This document shows, in pieces, positions 1 to 12,178 of a stretch of DNA of 64,000 bases. Position 1 is the first letter of the stretch. Each line of letters starts with the position of its first letter. The position numbers and the translations under genes were made by a program. Location: NCBI GenBank assembly GCA_951406725.2, contig OX597834.1, forward strand, positions 43,834,001 to 43,898,000, read 5' to 3'. The DNA is from Octopus vulgaris. Taxonomy: Eukaryota. Below the pieces are notes generated by a model, which was given only the letters and a program-made list of their open reading frames with translations, ran no database searches and was not told the DNA's origin.

Positions 1-2
1 AT

Positions 3-47
3 ATTATCTTGATAATGAGACCAAGAAAAAGCAGAAACGTCGATAGT
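3..47 (+). ncRNA. Degenerate minimal hammerhead ribozyme motif
   Basis: ATTATC|TTGATAA|TG..CA|GAAAC GTC|GATAGT: stem I ATTATC/GATAGT pairs (one G.U), GAAAC-GUC is intact, and the CUGAUGA box carries two substitutions. Confidence 0.4.
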
Positions 48-357
48 GCAGAGAGATAGAGAATATTATAATTTCTCCACACTCGATCGAGTTGACGAAA
101 CTCATTAGCTAACTAGAAAACCTTCTAATTATGTATTCAATTTATATAGCAATAAATGGAAAGAAAAATGGAAGACAATGCTGCTGGCTGCGAAAGCGTC
201 GACAAACAAATACATGCTGTATTATACAGAGAAATAGGCGTCTGGAATTAAGAATGAATGTAGAAAGGGCATTTTATGGTGTTTATATGCGTTTTGGAAA
301 AATGATTGTAAAAAACATGATTGTACCGATAAAACGATGAAAATAAATGATTTTCGT

Positions 358-497
358 GGCGCTCCGTCGGTTACGACGACGAGGGTCCCAGTTGATCCTA
401 TCAACGGAACAGCTTGCTTGTGAAATTAACGTACAACTGGCTGAGCATTCCATAGATTCGTGTACCCTTAAGGTAGTTCTAGGGGAGATTCAGCTGA
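358..497 (-). mobile_element. 3' part of tRNA-derived SINE family C
   Basis: Reverse complement matches 23528-23690 (gatcaactgg.accc.cgtcgt, aatttcac.agca.gctgttccgtt). Confidence 0.65.
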
Positions 498-557
498 CGG
501 AGAGTCTGTCCTTATTTGTCCTCTCTGTGTTTAGCCCCTTGTGGGTAGTAAAGAAAT

Positions 558-742
558 AGGTATTTCGTCTGCCGCTACGTTCTGAGTTCAAATTCCGCCG
601 AGGTCGACTTTGCCTTTCATCCTTTCGGGGTCGATCAAATAAATACCAGTTACGCACTGGGGTCGGTGTAATCGACTTAATCCGTTTGTCTGTCCTTGTT
701 TGTCCCCTCTATGTTTAGCCCCTTGTGGGCAATAAAGAAATA
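558..742 (+). mobile_element. SINE family B (tRNA-derived, Deu/Nin-like central domain), 5'-truncated
   Basis: ggtatttcgtctgccg.tacgttctgagttcaaattccgccgaggtcgactttgcctttcatcctttcggggtcgat; near-identical to 23793-24025; B-box GAGTTCAAATTCC. Confidence 0.85.
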
Positions 743-891
743 AAGAGCTTGCTTCCCGACCACATTCTAAAGGGTTTAGTCTCAATGCGTGACACCATTT
801 TTTCCATTCGAGTCAATGCAGAATTACTATAAGTATTTACGGAATATTGATTTAGTGTCGAGTAACATTTGGGCAACCGAGTATATGTATA

Positions 892-894
<3 letters not shown>

Positions 895-922
<28 letters not shown>

Positions 923-1220
923 CTTTCTGTCTGTGATTGTCCCCCCCCCCCACGTCCTCTACCACCATCACCGCTTGAGAACCGATGCTGGTTTGTTTAC
1001 GTCCCCGTAACTTAGCGGTTCGGCAAGAGTGACTAAAAGAGCGACTAGTCTATACACGTAGGTCCTGAGGTCGATTTGTTCGAATAGACCCCTTCAAGGC
1101 GATGCTCTAGCATAGCCGCAGTCAAATGGTTGGAACAAGTAAAAGAATAAGAGAATAGAAGAATAAGAGAATAGACGAATAAGAGAATAGACGAATAAAC
1201 GAATAGAAGTATAAAGGAAT
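895..1220 (+). mobile_element. SINE family A, 3' half, with decayed (AAGAGAAT)n-like tail
   Basis: accgatgctggtttgtttacgtccccgtaacttagcggttcggcaa...catagccgcagtcaaatggttggaacaagtaaaaga matches the 3' half of 5768-6202. Confidence 0.8.
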
Positions 1221-1582
1221 AGAAATACTGACAGAGATAAATGAAGATTGCATTTGTGGCAGTAATTCCTATGTTAATGTTGATGTATATGAAGAAAAGT
1301 CTTGAGTAGAAGGGAAAAGTGGAAACATGTGAGAGTCGAGGGTGAATGGGCCATAGGTGGGGTGGAGGAGGGTGCATGGAGTGGTGAGAGTGGACGGATT
1401 AGAGGTCGAACGATTAAAGAACGGCAATGGTTAGAGATGGTCGTAAATCTGATAGGAGAAGCTAGGATAGGAGGCTGGGGGGGATGTGGCGAACGTTACA
1501 GACACTGCCGGTGTATGTGTGGCTGGGGTGGGGGAATGACTGGGAGTAGAGTTTTATGGGGGTGTTGGGTAAACGGTGTACA

Positions 1583-1867
1583 AGAAGAAGAAGAAGAAGA
1601 AGAAGAAGAAGAAGAAGAAGAAGGAAGAGAAGAAGAAGAAGAAGAAGAAGAGGGGGAGTGGAGGAGGAGGAGAAGAAGAAGTAGAAGAAGAAGAAGAAAA
1701 AGAAGAAGATGAAGAAGAGAAGGGAGAAGAAGAAGAAGAAGAAGAAGAAGAAGAAGAAGGGGAGGAGGAAGAAGAAGAAGAAGAAGAAGAAGAAGAAGAA
1801 GAAGAAGAAGAAGAAGAAGAAGAAGAAGAAGAAGAAGAAGAAGAAGAAGAAGAAGAAGAAGAAGAAA
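1583..1867 (+). repeat. (GAA)n/(GGA)n trinucleotide microsatellite
   Basis: Direct reading; source of the poly-E/K/R ORFs. Confidence 0.97.
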
Positions 1868-2039
1868 TATAATTATAAAAGATTTAGGAAAAATGTCCCG
1901 GAAGACAATTGAGAGGAGGAGGTATTTGAGGAGAAATTACGCAATTAGAAAATGTTAATTAAAAGGTTTCAAATAATCCATAAGTGAAATAAAAGAACTT
2001 ATTTTACAAGAAAATACTGGTTTGTTGTCAATAATGACC

Positions 2040-2374
2040 TCACTTCGCTCATAACTGACCATGGGATTTGCACCTAGAAAGTTACCCTCTCAGGCACAAG
2101 TCCGGACAAAGGTTTCTTCTGGAAGACTAGCTGTCGCCAATGCATATCAGCCTCCATTCTCCACGCCACCGATGTTATCCAAGGGGAAGGCAAAGGGACC
2201 GATACAGCTTGGTACCAGTGACGTTGCAACTCCTTTCTACAGTTGAGTGAATGGGAGTAAAGCGAAATAAAGTGTCTTGCTCAAGAACACGACTCACAGC
2301 CTGGTCCAGGAATCGATCTCACTTTCTCATGATTGTGAACCCGTTGCTCTAACCACTGAAACATGCGCCTTCAC
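2040..2374 (-). mobile_element. tRNA-derived SINE (family C-type head, different 3' part)
   Basis: Minus strand begins gtgaaggcgcatgtttcagtggttagagc (A-box) ... gatcgattcctggacc (B-box) followed by gtgttcttgagcaagacacttt. Confidence 0.7.
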
Positions 2375-3514
2375 ATTTGCTATCAATAACTAAATACTCT
2401 ATGGCCCAGAGAACTGATTTTCCAGAGACTGATTAACAGATAGATATATACATGCATACATACATACATACATACATACATACATACATACATACATACA
2501 TACATACATACATGCATACGTATACACACATAGAAAGAGATTATTTTGCGAGTTTTAATTTATTTCAGTAAGCGATATGTATATTTATGTGTGTATATAC
2601 ATATATGTTTATACGTATATACATACATATGTATATATATGTATGTGTGTGTGTGTATATTTATATTTGTAAGCATATATGTACGTATATGTGTATGTAT
2701 GTATGTATGCATGTATGTATTTATGTATGTACGCACATGCATGCTTTTTCTTCAGAAGTAAGTTTCACTTTCACGGAAAACGGAAATGAAAAAGCGGCGA
2801 AATTTCATCATAAAACTAAATATTAAAATTATATTTTGTGCGTTGGTAGCTGTGGAAGAGTGTTAATATAAAGAGACTGATTTATGTCCGTACACATCAC
2901 TGATATGTTATATTAACTCTACAGCTCTCTCTCTCACACACACACACACACACATACACACATACAGTGTGATGAATACATACATAATTATATATTTATA
3001 TACAGACCCGAGCAATAACTAAACCAAGCTTATTATTTACTTTAAAACAACACCAATTTATTCCTGCATCTGTGAATGAAAATATATGTGAATATGGGAA
3101 TGGAAAATGCAAATGAAAATCGAAAGCAATAAAATCCGCTTTTTATTAATTCCTATAATTCAATGGGGTTTTTTTTTTTATGATTTGTTGTATTTATTTC
3201 TTTAGTTTTTTTGCTTTTTTTTCTTGATAAAAAATGAATAGAAGCTTTTATTATTTAGAATGGTCTCTGAATTGGGCAAAATCATTGAGTTGAAGCATTT
3301 GAAAAACCTCGCTGAAAGTAAAATGGTGGAGTTGGTGGGGGTCTTCTATTAATAGAGATTTATGAAGACAATAGTAAGAAAATTATGTAGATTCGGCAAC
3401 TAAATTCTAGCAGACTGATATATGAGTAGAGAGTTCCTTTCGCCGCGAGTCGGTGTTTTGAAGGAAATCTCTGAAATGAAAATTGATATTATTGAGAGAA
3501 ACTACATATTGGTT

Positions 3515-4048
3515 TTAAATTTTGGCACGAAACCATGGATTTCGTTGGTAGGTAAGTCTATTGCATCAAGCCCAGTGTGGTACCCATTTCATCGAAGGGT
3601 GAAAGGGATTGTCAACCTCCGTGGAATTTGAACTCGGGTCGTAAAGACGGACGAAATGCCTATTTCTTAACTACCCACAAGGAGCTACACACAGGGAGGA
3701 CAAACAAGGACAGGCAAACGGATTAAGTCGATTATATGGACCCCTGTGTGTAACTGGTACTTATTTAATCGACCCCGAGAGGATGAAAGGCAAAGTCGAC
3801 TTCGGCGGAATTTGAACTCAGAACATAACGGCAGACGAAATACCGCTAAGCATTTCGCCCGGCGTGCTAAAGTTTCTGCCAGCTTGCCATCTTATAAGTG
3901 ACACAAGGCCCGAACTTTTGGAGGAGGGGCCAGCCGATTAGATCGACCTCAGTACGCAACTGGCACTTAGTTTATCGACCCCGAAAGGATGAAAGGCAAA
4001 GTCGACCTCGGCGGAATTTGAACTCAAAACGTAAAGACAGACGAAATA
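3515..4048 (-). mobile_element. Three stacked SINE family B copies
   Basis: The motif gga(g)tgaaagg...gtc(g/a)acctc.g.ggaatttgaactc recurs at about 3600, 3781 and 3988. Confidence 0.85.
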
Positions 4049-4647
4049 CTCACTCCTTCCATCACATCGACGTTGGCTATACTGATGCGTGGTGTACCAT
4101 GCGTCAGATGTCGAAGTGATTGCAGAGTAACGTGAGATGAAGTGTCTTGCTTAGGAACAAAACGCACCTGCCGGTCTTGGAATTGAAACTACGATCACAA
4201 GATCGTAAGTACAGCGGATTTTTATTTTGTCGACTCTGAAAGTATGAAAAGCAAAGACGACGCCCGGTGTGCTAGCGATTCTGCCAGCTCGCATGATAAA
4301 AGACTGATTTAAAAGTTTTACAAAAGCATTAAAAAGCAAACCTTTATTCAACATCAAACATAAAAAAAAAGCATGGAGAAGTCCTATGTCAAAATGTTTA
4401 CGATGAAATTGCCTTTGACGATTACAACGAACGTTCTCAAGTAAATTTAGCAAGTAAGAGGTAACAACGAAACTCATTTTTGATTAATCTGTATATTTTG
4501 TATCTTTTCATTTGTCTTGCTCGATTACGTTCTGACGTTTGCTAAATTTTCTTGAGAATATTCCTTTCTTAGTGGTAAGACCATAGGAGGTCGACTTCTA
4601 GCATAATGGATGTCCATTTAGTGGTCATCGCTCTTATATATGTGTGT

Positions 4648-4776
<129 letters not shown>

Positions 4777-4785
4777 TATATATAT

Positions 4786-5067
<282 letters not shown>

Positions 5068-5131
5068 GCATATATATATATGCATACATTCATATATACA
5101 TATATATATATATACGCACTCATACTCTCTT

Positions 5132-5162
<31 letters not shown>

Positions 5163-5767
5163 TCCACTCTCACTCTCCCCCACCACACACGAATTACCTA
5201 CCCTTACCGACCCACAACTTTCTGGAATATTTTTGAGCGCAAAGCTTGTGAAAAACACGAAAATCAATCTTTTCCCCAAGATGTCTTCAGTATATATATT
5301 TATATATATTAAGAACCAAATTTTATTCTAATTTTGTTTTATTTGCGCAGATCACTTTTAAACCTGATAAACTGAGTGTTCATGATGCCAATTGAAAAAT
5401 TCAATTTTTCATTGTTCTCGTTAATCTAAAGTATTTTGGGAAAAAGTAATTAATATGATTGTTATTGTACGTGTTTTCTGATAAAACGGAATTCGAACGT
5501 TTCTCCTCAAAATAGCAAAATTATCCTCGTTCTATTGTTCTTTTAATTTTGAGATAATCATTAAGAAATGAAAAAGAAAAAGCAAAAAAATTTTTAAAAA
5601 GTAGAAAAAATTATTCTGTTTTAAGATACGCACATTTTCTGGTCTGCTGTGTGTGTGTTTGTGTGTGTGTGCGTGCGTGCGTGTGTTTGTGTGTGTGTGT
5701 GTGTGCGTGCGCGTGTGTGTATGTGAATAGATAGATAGATCGACAGATAGATATATCTATATGCATA

Positions 5768-5938
5768 GACGCAGGAGTGGCTGTGTGGTAAGTAGCTTGC
5801 TAACCAACCACAAGGTTCCGGGTTCAGTCCCACTGCGTGGCATCTTGGGCGAGTGTCTTCTGCTATAGCCCCGGGCCGACCAATACCTTGTGAGTGGATT
5901 TGGTAGACGGAAACTGAAAGAAGCCTGTCGTATATATG

Positions 5939-5994
<56 letters not shown>

Positions 5995-6200
5995 TGTGTC
6001 TGTGTTTGTCCCCCTAGCATTGCTTGACAACCGATGCTGGTGTGTTTACGTCCCTGTCACTTAGCGGTTCGGTAAAAACAGACCGATAGAATAAGTAATG
6101 GGCTTACAAAGAATAAGTCCCAGGGTCGATTTGCTCGACTAAAGGTGGTGCTCCAGCATGGCCGCAGTCAAATGACTGAAACAAGTAAAAGAGTAAAAGA

Positions 6201-6202
<2 letters not shown>
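5768..6202 (+). mobile_element. SINE family A, full length (tRNA head + CORE-like segment + internal (TA)n(TG)n + LINE-like tail)
   Basis: A-box TGGCTGTGTGG, B-box GGTTCAGTCCC, cttgggc.agtg CORE-like motif; near-identical copies at 33011, 40398 and 42035. Confidence 0.9.
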
Positions 6203-6263
<61 letters not shown>

Positions 6264-6992
6264 GCGCAGGCGTGGCTGTGTGCTACCACTGCGTGGAACC
6301 TTGGGCAAGTGTTTTCTGTTATAGCCTCGGGCTCACCAAAGCCTTGTGAATGGATTTGGTAAGCGGAAACTCAAAGAAGCCCTTCGTATATATAGTGTGC
6401 GTGTCTTTGTGTTTGTCTTTGCACCACTTCCCCCACCACCCACTTAACAACCGGCGTTTGTGTCACATGACTAAGACAAGAGAAAGGATAAAAGAATATT
6501 TTATGTATCATACATACATACATACATACATACATACATACATACATACCTACATACATACATACATATACACTGTTGTGTCTGGGGAGAGTCATTTTCT
6601 TTTTGTGCCTTATAATTTAACACACGCACCGGTAAAATTTCCACTTATTTCTTATTTATATTTTCATAAAATTTTCGTTGCGTCTTGCAACCTTTTCAAT
6701 GGTCTTGACTTTGTCCGTTATTTACATTTCGCTCTTTTTGTTTGTTTGTGCGCATGTGTGTAGGTCAATGTGTGTGTGTGTGTGCCTATGCATGCCTGCA
6801 TGTACGTATGTTTGTGTGTATGTATGCATATATGTGTGTGTGTGTGTGCATCTGTATGTATGTATCCTGTATATTCATGTGCTTGCCTGTCCGTGTTTGT
6901 GTATTTTCTATGTATGTGTGTGTGTGAGCGTGTGTTTGCATATGTATGCACCTGTCTCCTTGTGTGTGCATGTCTGTGTGTGTGGGGTGGGG

Positions 6993-7120
6993 TACTTATT
7001 CTATAGGTCTTTTTGTCGAAATGCTAAGCTTCGGGGATATAAACACACCCACATCGGTTGTCAAGCCATGGCGGAAATACATACACAAGCACACACACAC
7101 ACACACACATACATAAACAT

Positions 7121-7169
<49 letters not shown>

Positions 7170-7330
7170 ACGGGCTTCTTTCAGTTTCCATCTACCAAAT
7201 CCACTTAGAGGGCTTCGAACACCGCGATGCTTTAGTAGAAGACACTTGCCAGAAGTGCTACGGAGTGGGACTGAACTCAGAGCCATGTGGTTGGAAAGCA
7301 AGCGTCTTACCACACAGCCACGCATGCGCC
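6993..7330 (-). mobile_element. SINE family A copy with internal microsatellite
   Basis: cttctttcagtttcc..ctaccaaatccact...gtgggactgaactc.gagccatgtggttggaaagcaagc.tcttaccacacagccac. Confidence 0.85.
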
Positions 7331-7414
7331 TATATGTGTGTATACAGGCATACATACATACATACATACACACATACATACATGCATGCATACGTACATA
7401 TATATACATATATA

Positions 7415-7449
<35 letters not shown>

Positions 7450-7837
7450 GTATATAAATACGCATGCTCACACATATTTACATAACCAGTAACACACGTA
7501 AATATATACATACATACACACATACATACATACATACATACATACATACATACATACATACATACATACATACATACATACATACATACATACATACGTA
7601 TGTATGGGTTTGAAAAGTTTAATCGAAAGCACTCCGAAGAAATACTACTCAAAAAGAGTCAGTAACATCCTGATAAAAGATTTTGTAACTTACTTTTAAA
7701 AAGTAATTTTTTTTAAATAATTTTTTCAAAAAAATCCCCTTTATTACTTAAAAACTGTATTAAGTAACTTTTCATAAATACTTTCAAATATATATGTGTG
7801 TGTGTGTGTGAATAGATAGATAGATAGATAGATAGAC

Positions 7838-7922
<85 letters not shown>

Positions 7923-7938
7923 TATAGATATTTATATA

Positions 7939-7999
<61 letters not shown>

Positions 8000-8174
8000 G
8001 TATGTATTTATGTATTTATGTGTGTATGTATGTCTCTATCTGATCTCGTCTATATATGAAGAATGAGTTATCAGCGGTGGTGGTCTCGGTAGCGGTGGTG
8101 ACGCCGATCATAGTGCTATTGGTAGTATGATTGTTACGGTGATTGTATTGCTATCTATGGAGGTGGTGGTGGCG

Positions 8175-8210
<36 letters not shown>

Positions 8211-8766
8211 AGGAATATTTGTTTATTTTTGTTTATGTTTTTGTCTCCTATCCCAGAGAAGTGTTTTCGTTGCTCTCTGGATGTCTTCAGAAAAAAATCT
8301 TTTGATATTTTCCAAGACTTGAAATGACAATTTCAATTGACATCAGCCAATTTCTATTTTCTTTCTTTCTTTCTTTCTTTTTTTCCACCTTTCCTTCAAA
8401 CAACACTAAATGGTTGTCGTCTAAACTGCTAAAATCGCGAAGTGGTTTAAGTTTAGGATAATTCCATCCTTGTAATTATTTAACCGCATCCTATAACCAA
8501 TAGAAGGATTTTCTCGGTTTCTTTCATAGCACCAAAATAAATCTTGATTTAATTGGAAACATCAAGTGAAGTGATCGGAATATTTACGACGTAATCGATA
8601 GCTTACTGTGTTAATAATGTTTTAGCTATTGTTTTGTAATCGCTCGCATCAGCCATGATCAACGAAGCGGTATTCCTCGTGTTGAGAACTTTTGTTTTTA
8701 TTATCCAAACTGAAGAACGCTTAAATAGTTCAGTTAAAATCTGATGATTTCTCTCTCTCTCTCTCC

Positions 8767-8820
<54 letters not shown>

Positions 8821-9120
8821 ATCTCCCTCTCTCTCTCTCTGACACTAATATTAGAGACAGCAGCCAGTTACTATCCGACACGGAGTCACGTCACCGAAAT
8901 GTAAAAAATACTAGAAAAATATTCAAATGCGTTTTATTGAACAATTACATACGTCTGACCGTATGGCGTTGCCATCAACAATATGCTTGTACGTGAGCGT
9001 CTGTATATGTATGGATGTGAAACGGTTGTGTACCTTCCGGGTGTAGGTATACATACATGCATGCATGTGTCTGTACGTATGTGTGTACGTGGTAACATGC
9101 ATGTATGAATTTATATAAAT

Positions 9121-9176
<56 letters not shown>

Positions 9177-9267
9177 ACATATACATATATACATATATAC
9201 GCACAAACACACGCACAGACACACGCACAGACACACACACGCACAAACACACGCACAGACACACACA

Positions 9268-9306
<39 letters not shown>

Positions 9307-9887
9307 TCCTTCTGCATACATGCGCGAATGTGTGTATGTACGTAGGTACGTACACGTGAGTATGTATATACATATATACTATGTATGTATATATATTTAT
9401 TCTTTTATACATTTCTGACCATTCCATACAAAAATAAAAATATATGTGTGTGTGTGTAGACAGAGAGAGAGAGAGAAAGGTATGTATAAATATATATGTA
9501 TATATATGTGTGTGTGTGTGTATATGATGTGTGTACATATATAGGTACGTTTATCCTTGTATGTATGCATGCATGTATATATGAATGTATGTATGTGTGC
9601 ATGCATGCATGGCATGCATGTATTTATACGTACGTGCGTATCCAATATGCAAGTGTGTATATGAAGAACTGTGTGGAGAAAGAGAGAGAGAGAGCGATGT
9701 TAGAAGCGACGAGAAGGAAGAGAATCGCTTAGGTGTAAAGTATGGATGGGAAAACAACGGCGGAATATAAGACGTGGTAAGAAACGTAATATTAAAAGAC
9801 AACCAGGACGAGATGGAGGAGGGGGCGAAGTGGGAAGGGAAAGACGCTGGTTTTTTATCATCATCATCATCATTATCATTATTATTA

Positions 9888-9924
<37 letters not shown>

Positions 9925-9983
9925 CATCATTATTATTATTATTATATTATTATTATTATTATATTATTATTGTTATTTTTTTA

Positions 9984-10033
<50 letters not shown>

Positions 10034-10599
10034 GATGACAGAAAAAAAAGGGGAGGTTGATTCTTGATTGAATGGGAACGTGAAGGAGCAATAGGTGGAG
10101 TAGGTGAACTCAAAGACGACGAAATACTTCAAGTGCACCACCATCGAGTGCCTCGGTGGCGGCGGCGGCGGCGGAGGCGGAGGCGGCCGTGGTTAGCTGG
10201 GGTTCGGTGGTGGTGGTGGTGGTGGTAGGCAAGTGTGTGTGTTGCGTATGATGTATATGGATGGGGTGGGGTGGTGCTGAGGTGGAGGTGTGGGGGGTAG
10301 GTGAGGTGATGAAGTAAAAACAAAGGGAAGTAATTAAGAATGCAAAAAGGGGTGAAAAAGATTAAGCAAGTAATTCATCTCCTTTCTTCTCATTTACATT
10401 TACAGTTCCTCTCTGTTGAACCTTTCTTTTCTTTGACGAAATTTCTTTTTCCTTTAATCTTCGTATATTTTTCATTTCTTTTTCTTCGGTTTTTTTTTTG
10501 CTGTTTTTTTTTATTATATCCGTTGAAATTTCTTATTTTTATCATTTTCATTTCCCACCATTTTGTGCATTTTTTTTTATCAATTTAACCGAGGATTTT

Positions 10600-11440
10600 T
10601 ATACCTCTTCTCTCTTCCTCCACCCCGCCTTCTCTTCCACCCGTTCATATCCTTTCTCTATTTTCCTTTCTTTTCTCTCTCTTTGTTTCCTTATACCTCC
10701 CTCTCTCTTACCTTGTCCTCTGTTTCTCTCCCACCCTCCTCTTCTCTCTTTTCCTCACTCTCTCTCTCTCTCCTTCTCTTCTCTCTTTCTGTTCCTGTAC
10801 TCCCCTCTTATCCCCTACCTTGTCCTCTCTATCTCACCCACTCTCCTCCTCCTTCTCTTCCTCACTCCCTCTCTCCTTCTCTTCTCTCTTTCTCTTCCTG
10901 TACTCCCCTCTTATCCTCTACCTTGTCCTCTCTATCTTACCCACTCTCCTCCTCCTTCTCTTCCTCACTCTCTCTCTCCTTCTCTTCCCTCTTCTCTTCC
11001 TCTCCCTATTCCCCACTCAACTTCTGTCTCCTCTTCCCTTCCTCTCCCTATTCCCCACTCAACCTCTCTCTCCTTCTCTTCTCTCTTCTCTTCCTCTCTC
11101 TATTCCCCACTCAACTTCTGTCTCCTCTTCCCTTCCTCTCCCTATTCCCCACTCAACCTCTCTCTCTCCTTCTCTCCTCTCTTTCTCTTCCTCTTCCTCA
11201 CCCTCTTCCTCACTCAACCACTTCCCCCTTATCTCCAACGAATCCTTTCTCCTCTCAAATCCTAATTTATATTTCTTTCTTAATTTATTCTTCTTTCTTC
11301 CATTGATTGTTGTTTTGTTTTCTACACCTTCCTCTCCCTTCTCCTCTTCCCACTTTTCAACCATTTCCCTCCTCCCACTCTTCCTTCCCTTCTATCCTCT
11401 TTCCAACCCCCACCTCCCACCTCACCTCTTATATTCTACA
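10600..11440 (+). repeat. Polypyrimidine minisatellite region
   Basis: About 840 bp nearly devoid of G; an approx. 100-bp unit occurs twice (tcctgtactcccctcttatcc..taccttgtcctctctatct) and tattccccactcaac occurs four times. Confidence 0.85.
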
Positions 11441-11739
11441 CTATAAACAACCTTAACATTTTCTTAAACCTTATTTCTCCCATCTTATAACGTTTATTAG
11501 TTTTTCTTCAGCTGCGATTCTGTAAATTACTATGTTGTCGTTGTTGTTGTTGTTGTTATTGTTATTGTTGTTGCTGTTGTTGTTATTGTTATTGTTTTTT
11601 TCATGCATTTATTGTTTTTATTGTGTATGTTTTTCCTAAATTTTGTTTTTGTTTGTTTTTGGCGCATTGTTTAATAGCTCACCTCTAACCAACTATATCA
11701 ACACAAACAACTACAACAACAACAACAACCACAACAACT

Positions 11740-11774
<35 letters not shown>

Positions 11775-12107
11775 CAGTCCCTATATCCTATTATAAGCTC
11801 AAACTACCTCTGGCACCGGCACTGCTAAAATTCCCGTTTCAGTCACACATACGCAAACACTAACACACACACACGCACATACACACACACACACACAGAC
11901 ACACAGACGCACACACACACACACATTCACACACACGCACACGTCAACCACAGAACCAACGAACCAACCGACTGAATAGTCAGCCAGCCAACCAGCCGTC
12001 TAATCGAACGTGTAACCCGCCACCTGCCGCAATTTGTTCTCGGCACCTTTCATTTTCGCTGTGTGCGGTGTTTTTATTTTATTAGTTCAATAAAATAGCT
12101 GTCGTCC

Positions 12108-12178
12108 ACCGAATTCGTTCACCGCAACAGAACATTGAGCAGTAAATCACGTTCTATTGCCATGGTGAAACCGTCGGT
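12108..12178 (-). ncRNA. Candidate pre-miRNA-like hairpin
   Basis: Minus strand ACCGA-CGGT-TTCACC-ATG-GCAATAGAACG-TGA [TTTACTGC] TCA-A-TGTTCTGTTGC-GGTGAA-CGAAT-TCGGT; about 25 bp paired, in unique CpG-rich sequence. Confidence 0.35.

Noticed and set aside
1302-1912. Poly-E/K/R ORFs (also 37444-37812)
   Set aside because: Translations of (GAA)n; open in all frames.
5768-5840. tRNA-like A/B boxes in many places
   Set aside because: They are SINE heads continuing into SINE bodies, with no complete cloverleaf.
9959-10323. GC-rich (GGC)n/(GGT)n segment suggesting a poly-Ala/His transcription-factor exon
   Set aside because: Frames close quickly, and no recognisable domain or convincing splice pair is present.
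10498-11446. Three overlapping 200-255 aa L/S/P-rich ORFs
   Set aside because: A polypyrimidine tract rarely encodes stops; all three frames are open.
11790-11812. let-7-like AGAGGTAGTTTG on the minus strand
   Set aside because: No complementary arm, so no precursor hairpin.
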